NCBI GenBank assembly: GCA_963813815.1 | Contig: CAWFAD010000016.1 | Span: forward strand, 192,001-256,000 | DNA: 64,000 nt | Origin: an uncultured bacterium | Lineage (GTDB): Bacteria > Krumholzibacteriota > Krumholzibacteriia > Krumholzibacteriales > Krumholzibacteriaceae | Direction: 5' to 3' | Shown here: positions 27,585 to 35,979 of the stretch, piece by piece | Numbering within the stretch: the stretch's first letter is position 1 | How the letters are laid out: each line of letters opens with the position of its first letter | The notes under the pieces: model-generated | What the model saw: the letters and a program-made list of their open reading frames with translations, nothing else | What the model was told of the DNA's origin: nothing | Databases searched by the model: none | Position numbers and translations under genes: made by a program

Positions 27585-29137
27585 AGGTTCTCCCGTTCCT
27601 TCTTGAAGCTTCCCCGCCTCGCCGCGATCGCGACGAGCGCCGTGAAGCCGGTGATTATAGCGAGCATGAGAATTCGCGCCCCCCACATGTAGGGGCGATT
27701 CTCCTCCGGAACGCCCTCCATCGTGAAGACGCGGCGGATGTCCGTCTTGATCCAGGCGCCGAGTATCGCGATGAGAAAGAGCGGGGTCACGTACTTCATG
27801 ATGAACCGGTAGAAGCGGGGCACCCGCATCTCCGCGCCGCGCGTGATCTCCTCCCACGCCCGGTCCGCTCCGAATATCCAAAAGAAGACGACGATCTCGA
27901 TGAAGCCGAGCAGCACGACGCCGAACGTCCCGGCCCAGAAATCGAGCTCGTCCATGAATCCCCGCGCGAGAAAGAAGAGGACGAGGTTGGCGGCGGCGAA
28001 GGTGAAGAGCGAGATGACGTTCACGGCGCGCCGTCTCGTCCAGCCGAGCTCGTCGATGAAGAAGGAAACGGCCGGGAGCGTGAGGGCCACGGAGGATGTG
28101 ATCCCCGCGATGAAGAGAAGCGCGAACCACATCGCGCCGAAGAGGTTGCCGGCCGGAAGGTGCTGAAACACGATCGGCATGGTCTGGAAGCCGAGGTTGA
28201 AGGGGCTTCCCTGCGCGATCGCCTGCGTCGCGGCGACGCCGAAGAAGGCGCAGGCGATGGGGATCGCGATCGTTCCTCCGCAGATCACCTCGCAGAACTC
28301 GTTCGTGCTCGCCGTCGCGAGCCCCGAGAGAGCGACGTCGTCGTCGCGGCGCAGGTAGCTCGCGTACGCCTGAACGGCCCCGAAGGCGACGCTCAGGGTG
28401 AAGAAGATCTGCCCCGCCGCGGCGAGCCAGACGCGCGGCTCGCGGAGCAGCGAGAAGTCGGGATTCCAGATGAAGCCGAGCCCGTTCGCCACGCTCCTGT
28501 CCGGATACGCCGGGTCGGGAGTTCCGAGCGTGAGGACGCGCACGACGAGCACGATCGCCATGATGATGAGGAGCGGCATGCCGACGTTGGCGAGGCGTTC
28601 GATGCCTCCCGAGATGCCCTTGCGGAGCACGAGGTAGTTGCAGATACACGTGGCGATGAAGAAACCGTACATCCACCACATGCCGTCGAAGTAGGCGTTG
28701 CGCTCGATTCCCTGGTAGCCGTGGAGGAATGCGCCCATCGTTTCCTGCGTCGTCGCTCCGTCGTACTTTCCGGCGAGGGAGAAGAACGAGAATCCGAGGG
28801 TCCACGATTCCACGCACACGTAGTAGATGAAGACCGTGATGGGGAGGAAGAGCCCGATGACGCCGAGATACTTCGCCGCCGGATGGCGCCACAGAAGCGT
28901 GAAGATCCCCGGCATGGTCCCGTGGCCGAACTGGCCGCCGTAACGTCCCATCGCGAGCTCCGTCCACATGAGCGGGATGCCGAGGAGCAGCAGCGATATA
29001 AAATAGGGGATCATGAAGGCGCCGCCCCCGTTCCCCGCGGCCTGCACGGGGAAGCGGAGAAAGTTGCCGAGCCCCACGGCGTTTCCGGCGAGCGCGAGGA
29101 TGAGGCCGGCCTTCGTTGCCCAGCGTTCTCGTTCCAT
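27581..29137 (-). CDS. sodium-dependent transporter, NSS/SNF family (LeuT-like)
   Basis: REXW, GNAVGLGNFLRFP, GGGAFMIPY, AAGQIFFTLS, FIAGITSS, ELDFWAGT. Confidence 0.95.
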   Translation of the reverse strand: MERERWATKAGLILALAGNAVGLGNFLRFPVQAAGNGGGAFMIPYFISLLLLGIPLMWTELAMGRYGGQFGHGTMPGIFTLLWRHPAAKYLGVIGLFLPITVFIYYVCVESWTLGFSFFSLAGKYDGATTQETMGAFLHGYQGIERNAYFDGMWWMYGFFIATCICNYLVLRKGISGGIERLANVGMPLLIIMAIVLVVRVLTLGTPDPAYPDRSVANGLGFIWNPDFSLLREPRVWLAAAGQIFFTLSVAFGAVQAYASYLRRDDDVALSGLATASTNEFCEVICGGTIAIPIACAFFGVAATQAIAQGSPFNLGFQTMPIVFQHLPAGNLFGAMWFALLFIAGITSSVALTLPAVSFFIDELGWTRRRAVNVISLFTFAAANLVLFFLARGFMDELDFWAGTFGVVLLGFIEIVVFFWIFGADRAWEEITRGAEMRVPRFYRFIMKYVTPLFLIAILGAWIKTDIRRVFTMEGVPEENRPYMWGARILMLAIITGFTALVAIAARRGSFKKERENL

Positions 29138-29185
29138 GCATCCCTCCCCGTGCCGCGCGCCGCGGGCGCGGCGCCGCGGAGCGGG

Positions 29186-29665
29186 TCAGATCGTTCGCAG
29201 GCGTTCCTCGATGCGCTTCACTTCGTCCGCCATGGCGTTCCAGTGCGTGCCCTTCCAGAAAACGCGCGAGCACGAGGGACAGCGGTGATACTCGGCGAAG
29301 GACGATCCGACGTGGGAAGGCACCGCGGCGCGCGCGTCATCGGCCGGCATCTCCACGAGCAGGGCGTTGCATTCGAGGCAGCGGGTGAACGGTTCGAAGC
29401 GCGGCGGTTCCCCGAGCGCCGCGAAGAGCTCGACGAGCTGCTCGACCGTCTCCCCCGAGCGCAGAACGACCGGGCGCGGGCCCGGCCGGTCGCCGCACGC
29501 GCGCGAGCGCGTCACCGCGGTCCGTCCGTCCCGGAGGGCGTTGAGAAGAAACCGGCCCGATTCTCCCTCGGGACACAGCTCGGCGTCGTAACCGAGCATG
29601 CGCATTTTGACGCAGAGCCTTCCGAGCATGCGGTCGAAGAGAAAGGTGCGTTTCGGCGACGGCAC
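29186..29665 (-). CDS. Mut7-C RNase (PIN-like plus Zn ribbon) domain protein
   Basis: SD AAAGGAG, GTG 29665; FDRMLGRL..MRMLGYD, RCLECN, CPSCSRVFWKGTH. Confidence 0.85.
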   Translation of the reverse strand: MPSPKRTFLFDRMLGRLCVKMRMLGYDAELCPEGESGRFLLNALRDGRTAVTRSRACGDRPGPRPVVLRSGETVEQLVELFAALGEPPRFEPFTRCLECNALLVEMPADDARAAVPSHVGSSFAEYHRCPSCSRVFWKGTHWNAMADEVKRIEERLRTI

Positions 29666-29808
29666 GGGGCGACTCCTTTTCGCTTGACAGCCTATCAGAG
29701 AACCGGGAATATGGGGAACCTGAAAATGCTCGAACGGCGCATTCATCCGGGATTTATGTGGAGATGGAGGTGAGAGGCGCGGTTCGGCGGGGAGGAACCG
29801 CGGGGGCT

Positions 29809-30000
29809 ATGCCGGAAATGTTCACTGGATGCCTGAAATGCAACAAGGGTGTGCTGATTCCCCTCTCCGATTACGGGAGGGACGGCGCGCCCATCCGCTA
29901 CAAGGCCTGGGTGTGCAACAATCCCGACTGCGGATTCAACATCCGCATCGATAACGGCGAGATCAGCATCGGCAAGGATCTCGGATTCTCGAGCAAATAA
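29809..30000 (+). CDS. small zinc-ribbon-like protein (63 aa)
   Basis: CLKC...LIPLSDYG...KAWVCNNPDC; followed by its own terminator. Confidence 0.72.
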   Translation: MPEMFTGCLKCNKGVLIPLSDYGRDGAPIRYKAWVCNNPDCGFNIRIDNGEISIGKDLGFSSK

Positions 30001-30022
30001 GCGATCGACGTTCCGTCGCTCG

Positions 30023-30048
30023 AAGGGGGCCTCCGGGCCCCCTTTTTT
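30023..30048 (+). terminator. intrinsic (Rho-independent) terminator
   Basis: GGGGGCC-TCCG-GGCCCCC followed by TTTTTT. Confidence 0.85.
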
Positions 30049-30916
30049 ATCCCCGAGCCGCGGCCGCTGCCCGTTTCAGCAGCCAGAGCGAAACGACGAA
30101 CGCGGCGAGCGAGAGGAGCGTCCACGCGAGCCCCGGCAGCTCGACGCCCGCGGAGGCGATCTCCTCCTCGGTCGCCGCGTGGAGGCGCAGCAGGCTCGAG
30201 AAGTTGAAGACGGCGTGCGCGAGGACGGGGCACCAGAGGCGGCGCGTCGCGTGATAGAGATATCCGTAGAGGACGCCGAGCGCGACGACGCCGGGCAACA
30301 CGAGGAGATTGAAGTGGGAGAGCCCGAAGAGAACGCCGGAGAGAGCGACGGCGAGAGCGCCGCTCATGTTGCGCGCGAAGATGCGCTGCACGAAGCCTCT
30401 AAAGAGGAGCTCCTCGGAGAGCGGGCCGACGACCGCGACGCCGAGGGCCGTGAGGGCGAAGGAGACGGGGCCTTTGGGCTTGATCGAGAGGATGAAGCTG
30501 ATATAATCGGCGTCGGGCGGTCGCGTCCGCTCGAAGAACGCCGAGAGGGCCTCGATCGGGAGGATGCTCGTGAGCGCGACGGCGAGCGCGGCGAGCGCGA
30601 CGTTTACCGACGGCCGCTCGAACCCGAACTCGCGGACGAATCCGAGCGGGGAGCGCCGCGAGAGCAGATACAGGGGAACGAGGATCGCGAAGGCGCCGGG
30701 GAGGATGATCGATAGCTGCGTCATCCCCCTGAGATAGAAGATCCCCGCGATCGAATAATTCATGAGGAGACAAGCGCCGGCGTAGATGAGCAGGAGATAG
30801 TTGTTCATGCGGTCGAGCAGGCCGCATCCGGCCGCCGGAGGGCCGGTCTCGTCCGGGGGCGGCGGATCGCCCGGGCGATCGCATCCGCGATTCGTATCGT
30901 GATCTCCGTCGCGCAT
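30047..30916 (-). CDS. CPBP / CAAX-Abi intramembrane glutamic endopeptidase
   Basis: EELLFRG, FGLSH, LAHAVFN motifs; multiple TM helices. Confidence 0.88.
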   Translation of the reverse strand: MRDGDHDTNRGCDRPGDPPPPDETGPPAAGCGLLDRMNNYLLLIYAGACLLMNYSIAGIFYLRGMTQLSIILPGAFAILVPLYLLSRRSPLGFVREFGFERPSVNVALAALAVALTSILPIEALSAFFERTRPPDADYISFILSIKPKGPVSFALTALGVAVVGPLSEELLFRGFVQRIFARNMSGALAVALSGVLFGLSHFNLLVLPGVVALGVLYGYLYHATRRLWCPVLAHAVFNFSSLLRLHAATEEEIASAGVELPGLAWTLLSLAAFVVSLWLLKRAAAAARG

Positions 30917-30968
30917 GGCGCGAGTATATCGGCGCCCCGTCGCCCCGGCAAGGAGAAAGGCCTTCGCG

Positions 30969-31676
30969 ATGATCAAGCTCGTCATCTTCGATCTCGACAA
31001 CACGCTCACCGATTTCATGCGCATGAAGGAAACCGCGCTCGCGGCGGCGACGGAAGCCATGATCGACGCGGGGCTCATGTTCCCCCCGGAGCGGATCCGG
31101 GACGAGATCAAGCGGATCTACGACGACGAGGGGATCGAGTACCAGCGCGTGTTCAACAAGCTGCTCGTGAAGCTCAAGGGAGAGGTTGACTACAAGGTTC
31201 TCGCCGCGGGCATCGTGGGGTACCGCCGCGGCCGCGAGGCCGCGCTCGTCCTCTACCCGCACGTCAAAATGACGCTTGTGCAGCTCCTCTCGCGCGGGAT
31301 GCGGCTCGCCGTCGTTTCGGACGCGCCCCGGCAGGAGGCGTGGCTGCGGCTGTGCTACCTTCAGCTCCACCACATGTTCGAAGCGGTCGTCACCTACGAG
31401 GACACGGGCGAATACAAGCCGAGCCCGGCGCCGTTCCGCAAGGTGCTCGAGATGATGGGCTGCGGGCCGGACGAGGCCCTCATGGTCGGCGACTGGCCCG
31501 AGCGCGACATCGTCGGCGCCGCAAAAATCGGCATCCGCACCGTGTTCGCGCGATTCGGCGACACCTTCGGGACGAAGGAATCGGGCGCCGACTACGAGAT
31601 CGACGACGCGTACGGGCTCGTGCGGATCGTCGACGAGCTCAACCGCTCCGAACCGGCGAAAGGAGCGTCGCGATGA
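30969..31676 (+). CDS. HAD-superfamily hydrolase (IA)
   Basis: FDLDNTL, VSD, YKP, MVGDWPERD. Confidence 0.9.
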   Translation: MIKLVIFDLDNTLTDFMRMKETALAAATEAMIDAGLMFPPERIRDEIKRIYDDEGIEYQRVFNKLLVKLKGEVDYKVLAAGIVGYRRGREAALVLYPHVKMTLVQLLSRGMRLAVVSDAPRQEAWLRLCYLQLHHMFEAVVTYEDTGEYKPSPAPFRKVLEMMGCGPDEALMVGDWPERDIVGAAKIGIRTVFARFGDTFGTKESGADYEIDDAYGLVRIVDELNRSEPAKGASR

Positions 31677-33232
31677 AGATCGTCACCGGAGCCGAGATGC
31701 GCCGCATCGACGAGACGACCATCCTGCGCTTCGTCACGGGGATCGCGCTCATGGAGCGCGCGGGGCAGCGGGTGTTCGATCACGTCGCCGCCTCGTTCCC
31801 GCAGCTCGATTCGATGACCGTCTCCATCGCGCTCGGGAAGGGAAACAACGCCGGCGACGGCCTCGTCGTGGCGAGGCTGCTGGCCGAGGCGGGGGCGTCG
31901 GTCATCCTGCACTATCTGCACCGGCCCGAGGATCTCTCGCCCGACGCGGCGAAGAATCACGCGCGTCTCGCGGCGCTTCGCGAGGAGCGGCGCGTCTCGG
32001 AGCGGTATCTCTACCTCGGCAACTGGCGGGAGGAAGTCTCGGCGGCGCTCGACGAGAGCGATCTCGTCGTCGACGCCCTCCTCGGCACGGGGCTCGCGAG
32101 CCCGGTCCGGGAAGAGTACGCCGCTCTCATCGGCCTGCTGAACGAGTGCGGATCGCCGATCGTCTCGATCGACGTGCCGTCCGGCGTGAACTCCGACACC
32201 GGCGAGGTGATGGGAACGGCGGTCGTGGCGGACGCGACGGTGACCCTCGGGCTTCCGAAGATCGGCTGCCTCTTCTATCCGGGCAAGGAGTGCGCGGGGG
32301 AGCTCGTCGTCGGCGACATCGGCATCCCGGCCGAGGTCATCGACGGCGAACGCCTCCTCGTCGAGACGATCGACTACGAGGACGCGCTCGCCGGCTTGCC
32401 CCGCCACGCGCCGACCGCCCACAAGTTCGCGCGGGGCTCGCTGCTGCTCGTCGCGGGGAGCAGGCGGTACGCCGGGGCCGCGGCGCTCGCGGCGACCTCC
32501 GCGCTCCGGACCGGCGTCGGGATCGTATACTGCGCGGGCCCCGAATCCGTCCGCGCGGCCGTGCAATCGGCGGCGCCCGAAGTCGTTTTCGTGTCGCTCC
32601 CCGAGACGGCGTCCGGCTCGATCGCGCGGCGCGCGGGAGAGCGGCTCCTCGACGAGATCCGTTTCGACGCGCTCGCCGTCGGGCCGGGGCTCACGACGGA
32701 CGAGGAGACGGCCTCCCTCGTGCCCCGGATCCTCGAGCGCTTCAGAAAGCCGCTCCTCATCGACGCCGACGGCCTCAACGCGCTCGCGGGGCGGTTCGAT
32801 CTCGTTCAGAAGGCTTCAGTGGACAGGGAAATCGTCGTGACGCCGCATTCGGGGGAGCTCGCGCGGCTCGTCGGCGAGGAGATTCCGGAGCTTCCCGCGG
32901 CGCGGATCGAGCGTCTCCGCTCGCTCGTCGCGGGGACGTGGGTGACGATCGTTCACAAGGGAGCCCCGACCCTCGTCGCGCACCCCGACGGGACGGTGGG
33001 CGTCAACCTGCACGGGCATCCGGGCATGGCGACGGCGGGGAGCGGGGACGTTCTCGCGGGCGCCGTCGCGGGATTTCTCGCGCAGGGATGCGGAGCCGCC
33101 CGCGCCGCGCGGCTCGGCGTCTATCTCCACTCCCGCGCCGCGGAGATCGCGGCGGCGGAGCTCGGCGAGAGGGGCATGATCGCGCGGGACTGCATGGAAG
33201 CGCTGCCGCTCGCCCTCCGCGAGCTCGAGTGA
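31673..33232 (+). CDS. nnr: bifunctional NAD(P)H-hydrate epimerase/dehydratase (YjeF)
   Basis: LMERAG, GKGNNAGDG, DALLGTG, IDVPSG, GPGL, IDADGL, TPHSGE, MATAGSGDVLAG. Confidence 0.95.
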   Translation: MKIVTGAEMRRIDETTILRFVTGIALMERAGQRVFDHVAASFPQLDSMTVSIALGKGNNAGDGLVVARLLAEAGASVILHYLHRPEDLSPDAAKNHARLAALREERRVSERYLYLGNWREEVSAALDESDLVVDALLGTGLASPVREEYAALIGLLNECGSPIVSIDVPSGVNSDTGEVMGTAVVADATVTLGLPKIGCLFYPGKECAGELVVGDIGIPAEVIDGERLLVETIDYEDALAGLPRHAPTAHKFARGSLLLVAGSRRYAGAAALAATSALRTGVGIVYCAGPESVRAAVQSAAPEVVFVSLPETASGSIARRAGERLLDEIRFDALAVGPGLTTDEETASLVPRILERFRKPLLIDADGLNALAGRFDLVQKASVDREIVVTPHSGELARLVGEEIPELPAARIERLRSLVAGTWVTIVHKGAPTLVAHPDGTVGVNLHGHPGMATAGSGDVLAGAVAGFLAQGCGAARAARLGVYLHSRAAEIAAAELGERGMIARDCMEALPLALRELE

Positions 33233-33253
33233 GCCGGCCGGCTCGGTGAAATC

Positions 33254-34351
33254 ATGAAAGAACGCGAGATAATCGAACGGATCCGCGCCGCCTTTCCGGC
33301 AAGCGGCATCGGGGACGACACGGCCGTGCTCCCCCCGGCCGCAGGAGATACGCTCTTCGCCTCCGACGCCGTCGTCGAGAACGTTCATTTCACGCGGCGC
33401 TACTCGACCCTCGGTCAGGCGGTTCAGAAAGCAATCACCTCCAATGTTTCGGACGTCTATGCCATGGGCGGCTCGCCCGCGGCGATCGCGCTCTCCATGG
33501 GTCTCCCGGCGGGATGCGGGGCCGAGGAGATCGACTCCATCGTCGAGGGGCTCTCCGCGGCATGCGGGGCGTACGGGTTGACGCTCGCGGGGGGCGATAC
33601 GGTGAGGAGCCCCGGCGGCTCGTTCTTCGACGTCGCGATCACGGGAACGGTCGCGCCGGGCAGGGCGATCCGCCGCTCGGGCGCCAGGGCGGGGGACTCG
33701 CTCGTGCTCTTCGGGGAGATCGGGCCGTCGCTCGCCGGGCTCTCGCTGCTCGCGGCGCTCCTCGGCCCGTGCGGGTGCGGCGGCGGAGGGTTTCCGGCGC
33801 CGCGGCTCCGCGACTGCGCGGGCGCGGGGGCGCGCGTCCGAACGATCGCGCCCCGGCTCTCGCTCGCCGCCGACGTCCCGGCGCTCCGAGCGATGGCGGC
33901 GGGGCTCGCCCACCTTCCTCATGCCGCCGAGATGCTCCGATTCATGGCGAGGCACCTCGCTCCGCGGGCCGTGCCGCTCGGGGATGCTCTCCTCGCGGCG
34001 GAGCCCCGGGCGCTCACGGCGATGATCGACGTGAGCGACGGTCTCGCGAGGGATCTCCGCACGCTCTGCGGGGAGAGCCGCGTCGGGGCGGCCGTCGACG
34101 GGGAGGCGCTCCCCGTCCCGCGGGCGATCGGCGACATCTTCGGGCTCGAGGGGAGCGCGCTCGCGGATTTCGCTCTCGCGAGCGGCGAGGAGTACGTGCT
34201 GCTCGCCGCCGTGCGGTCGGACGCCCTCGAAGCGCTCCCTCCCGGAGCCTCGGTCATCGGGCGGGTCGTGCCCGAGGGCGAAGGAATCGTCGTCGCCGGC
34301 GCGGGCGGCGCCCGCCCGCTTCCGGATCTCGGATACGAGCACGTGTTCTGA
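33254..34351 (+). CDS. thiL: thiamine-monophosphate kinase
   Basis: GIGDDTA, VHF, NVSDVYAMGG, GGDT, IDVSDGL, GEEY. Confidence 0.9.
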   Translation: MKEREIIERIRAAFPASGIGDDTAVLPPAAGDTLFASDAVVENVHFTRRYSTLGQAVQKAITSNVSDVYAMGGSPAAIALSMGLPAGCGAEEIDSIVEGLSAACGAYGLTLAGGDTVRSPGGSFFDVAITGTVAPGRAIRRSGARAGDSLVLFGEIGPSLAGLSLLAALLGPCGCGGGGFPAPRLRDCAGAGARVRTIAPRLSLAADVPALRAMAAGLAHLPHAAEMLRFMARHLAPRAVPLGDALLAAEPRALTAMIDVSDGLARDLRTLCGESRVGAAVDGEALPVPRAIGDIFGLEGSALADFALASGEEYVLLAAVRSDALEALPPGASVIGRVVPEGEGIVVAGAGGARPLPDLGYEHVF

Positions 34352-34421
34352 CCGCGCCGCGGCGGGCGGGATGCCGGCGCGGCCCGCGCCGGAGCCCCGC
34401 CCGGGCCCGGCAAGAATTGTG

Positions 34422-34450
34422 TTGACGGTTCCGCGGACGCTCTGGAAAAT
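34422..34450 (+). promoter_or_regulatory. possible sigma70 promoter of glnA
   Basis: TTGACG N17 GAAAAT. Confidence 0.35.
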
Positions 34451-34513
34451 GTAGCCTTGCGAGCGCGATCGCGCTCTTGGCCGAGCATCCACCCCGCCCG
34501 CAAGGAGAGTCGC

Positions 34514-35932
34514 ATGAGTCGGTCCCCCCGAGAGGTTATCGAATTTGCCCGATCGAAGGGCGCCGAGTTCTTCGACATCAAGTTTCTCGATTTTCCCGGC
34601 AGGTGGCAGCACCTCACGATCCCCGCCGCGCGCGCGACCGAGGAGTTCTTCGTGGGCGGCATCGCCTTCGACGGATCGAGCATCCGCGGATGGAAGAACA
34701 TCAACGAGAGCGACATGCTCGTCATCCCCGATCCGGACACGGCGTTCTTGGATCCCTTCTGCTGCCACGCGACCGTGAGCCTCATCGGAGACATACACGA
34801 TCCGATAACGCGCGAGCCGTACAGCCGCGACCCGCGCTTCGTCGCGCGAAAGGCCGAGCGGCACCTCGCCGCCACGGGAATCGCCGATAGGGCGTATCTG
34901 GGCCCGGAGGCGGAGTTCTTCGTCTTCGACGACGTCCGGTTCGCGCAGGACGAGCGGAGCGGCTTCTACCGCATCGACTCGCGCGAGGGGTTCTGGAACT
35001 CGGGGACGGAGGAGCGGCCCAACCTCGCGCACAAGCCCCGTTTCAAGGAAGGGTACTTTCCCGTGCCGCCGACCGATTCGCTCCAGGATCTGAGAAGCGA
35101 AATGGTCAAGAATCTCTCCGCCTGCGGCCTCGTCTGCGAGGTTCACCACCACGAAGTCGCGACGGGAGGCCAGGGGGAGATCGGGCTGCAATTTGACACG
35201 CCGGTGCGGATGGGGGACGCGCTCGTCCTCTTCAAGTACGTCGTGAAGAACACGGCGCGCGCCTTCGGCAGGACGGCGACCTTCATGCCGAAACCGCTCT
35301 TCGGGGACAACGGCTCGGGTATGCACGTACACGTGTCGCTCTGGAACGGCAACCGCAACATCTTCGCCGGACCCGAGTACGGCGGCCTCAGCGAGACGGC
35401 CCTCTACTTCATCGGCGGTCTCATCGCGCACGCCGAGGCGCTGCTCGGCATCACGAATCCCTCGACCATCTCGTACAAGCGGCTCGTCCCCGGATTCGAA
35501 GCGCCCATCAACATCGCCTATTCGCAGCGCAACCGCAGCGCCGCCATCCGCATACCCGTCGCGGGAGACCGCCCGGAGGCGAAGCGCGTCGAGTTCCGCT
35601 GTCCCGACTCGACCGGGAACCCCTACTTCACCTTCGCGGCGATCATCATGGCGGGGCTCGACGGCATCGCGAACCGCATCCACCCGGGGGAGCCGCTCGA
35701 CAAGAACATCTACGACATGCCTCCCGAGGAGCTCGCGAACGTGAAGAAGGCGCCGCACGATCTCGGCGCGGCGCTCTCGGCCCTCGAGAGGGACCACGAG
35801 TTTCTGCTGGCCGGAGATGTGTTCACCGAGGACATCGTGCGCACGTGGATCGCGTACAAACGGGAGAACGAGATCGCGCCGGTCATGAGCCGGCCGCATC
35901 CGTACGAGTTCTGCATCTACTACGACGTTTGA
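34514..35932 (+). CDS. glnA: glutamine synthetase type I (adenylylatable GSI-beta type)
   Basis: FDGSSI, HHHEVA, FMPKP, GSGMH, KRLVPGFEAP, NRSAAIR; adenylylation-site context DKNIYDMP. Confidence 0.97.
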   Translation: MSRSPREVIEFARSKGAEFFDIKFLDFPGRWQHLTIPAARATEEFFVGGIAFDGSSIRGWKNINESDMLVIPDPDTAFLDPFCCHATVSLIGDIHDPITREPYSRDPRFVARKAERHLAATGIADRAYLGPEAEFFVFDDVRFAQDERSGFYRIDSREGFWNSGTEERPNLAHKPRFKEGYFPVPPTDSLQDLRSEMVKNLSACGLVCEVHHHEVATGGQGEIGLQFDTPVRMGDALVLFKYVVKNTARAFGRTATFMPKPLFGDNGSGMHVHVSLWNGNRNIFAGPEYGGLSETALYFIGGLIAHAEALLGITNPSTISYKRLVPGFEAPINIAYSQRNRSAAIRIPVAGDRPEAKRVEFRCPDSTGNPYFTFAAIIMAGLDGIANRIHPGEPLDKNIYDMPPEELANVKKAPHDLGAALSALERDHEFLLAGDVFTEDIVRTWIAYKRENEIAPVMSRPHPYEFCIYYDV

Positions 35933-35979
35933 TCGAGGGGGCGTGAGCGCGGACGGCGGAGAGCCGCCCGCGCGCGAGC

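Noticed and set aside
29186..30000. Mut7-C RNase and small zinc-ribbon gene as a toxin-antitoxin pair
   Set aside because: They are divergently transcribed with separate signals rather than forming a bicistronic TA layout; no supporting evidence
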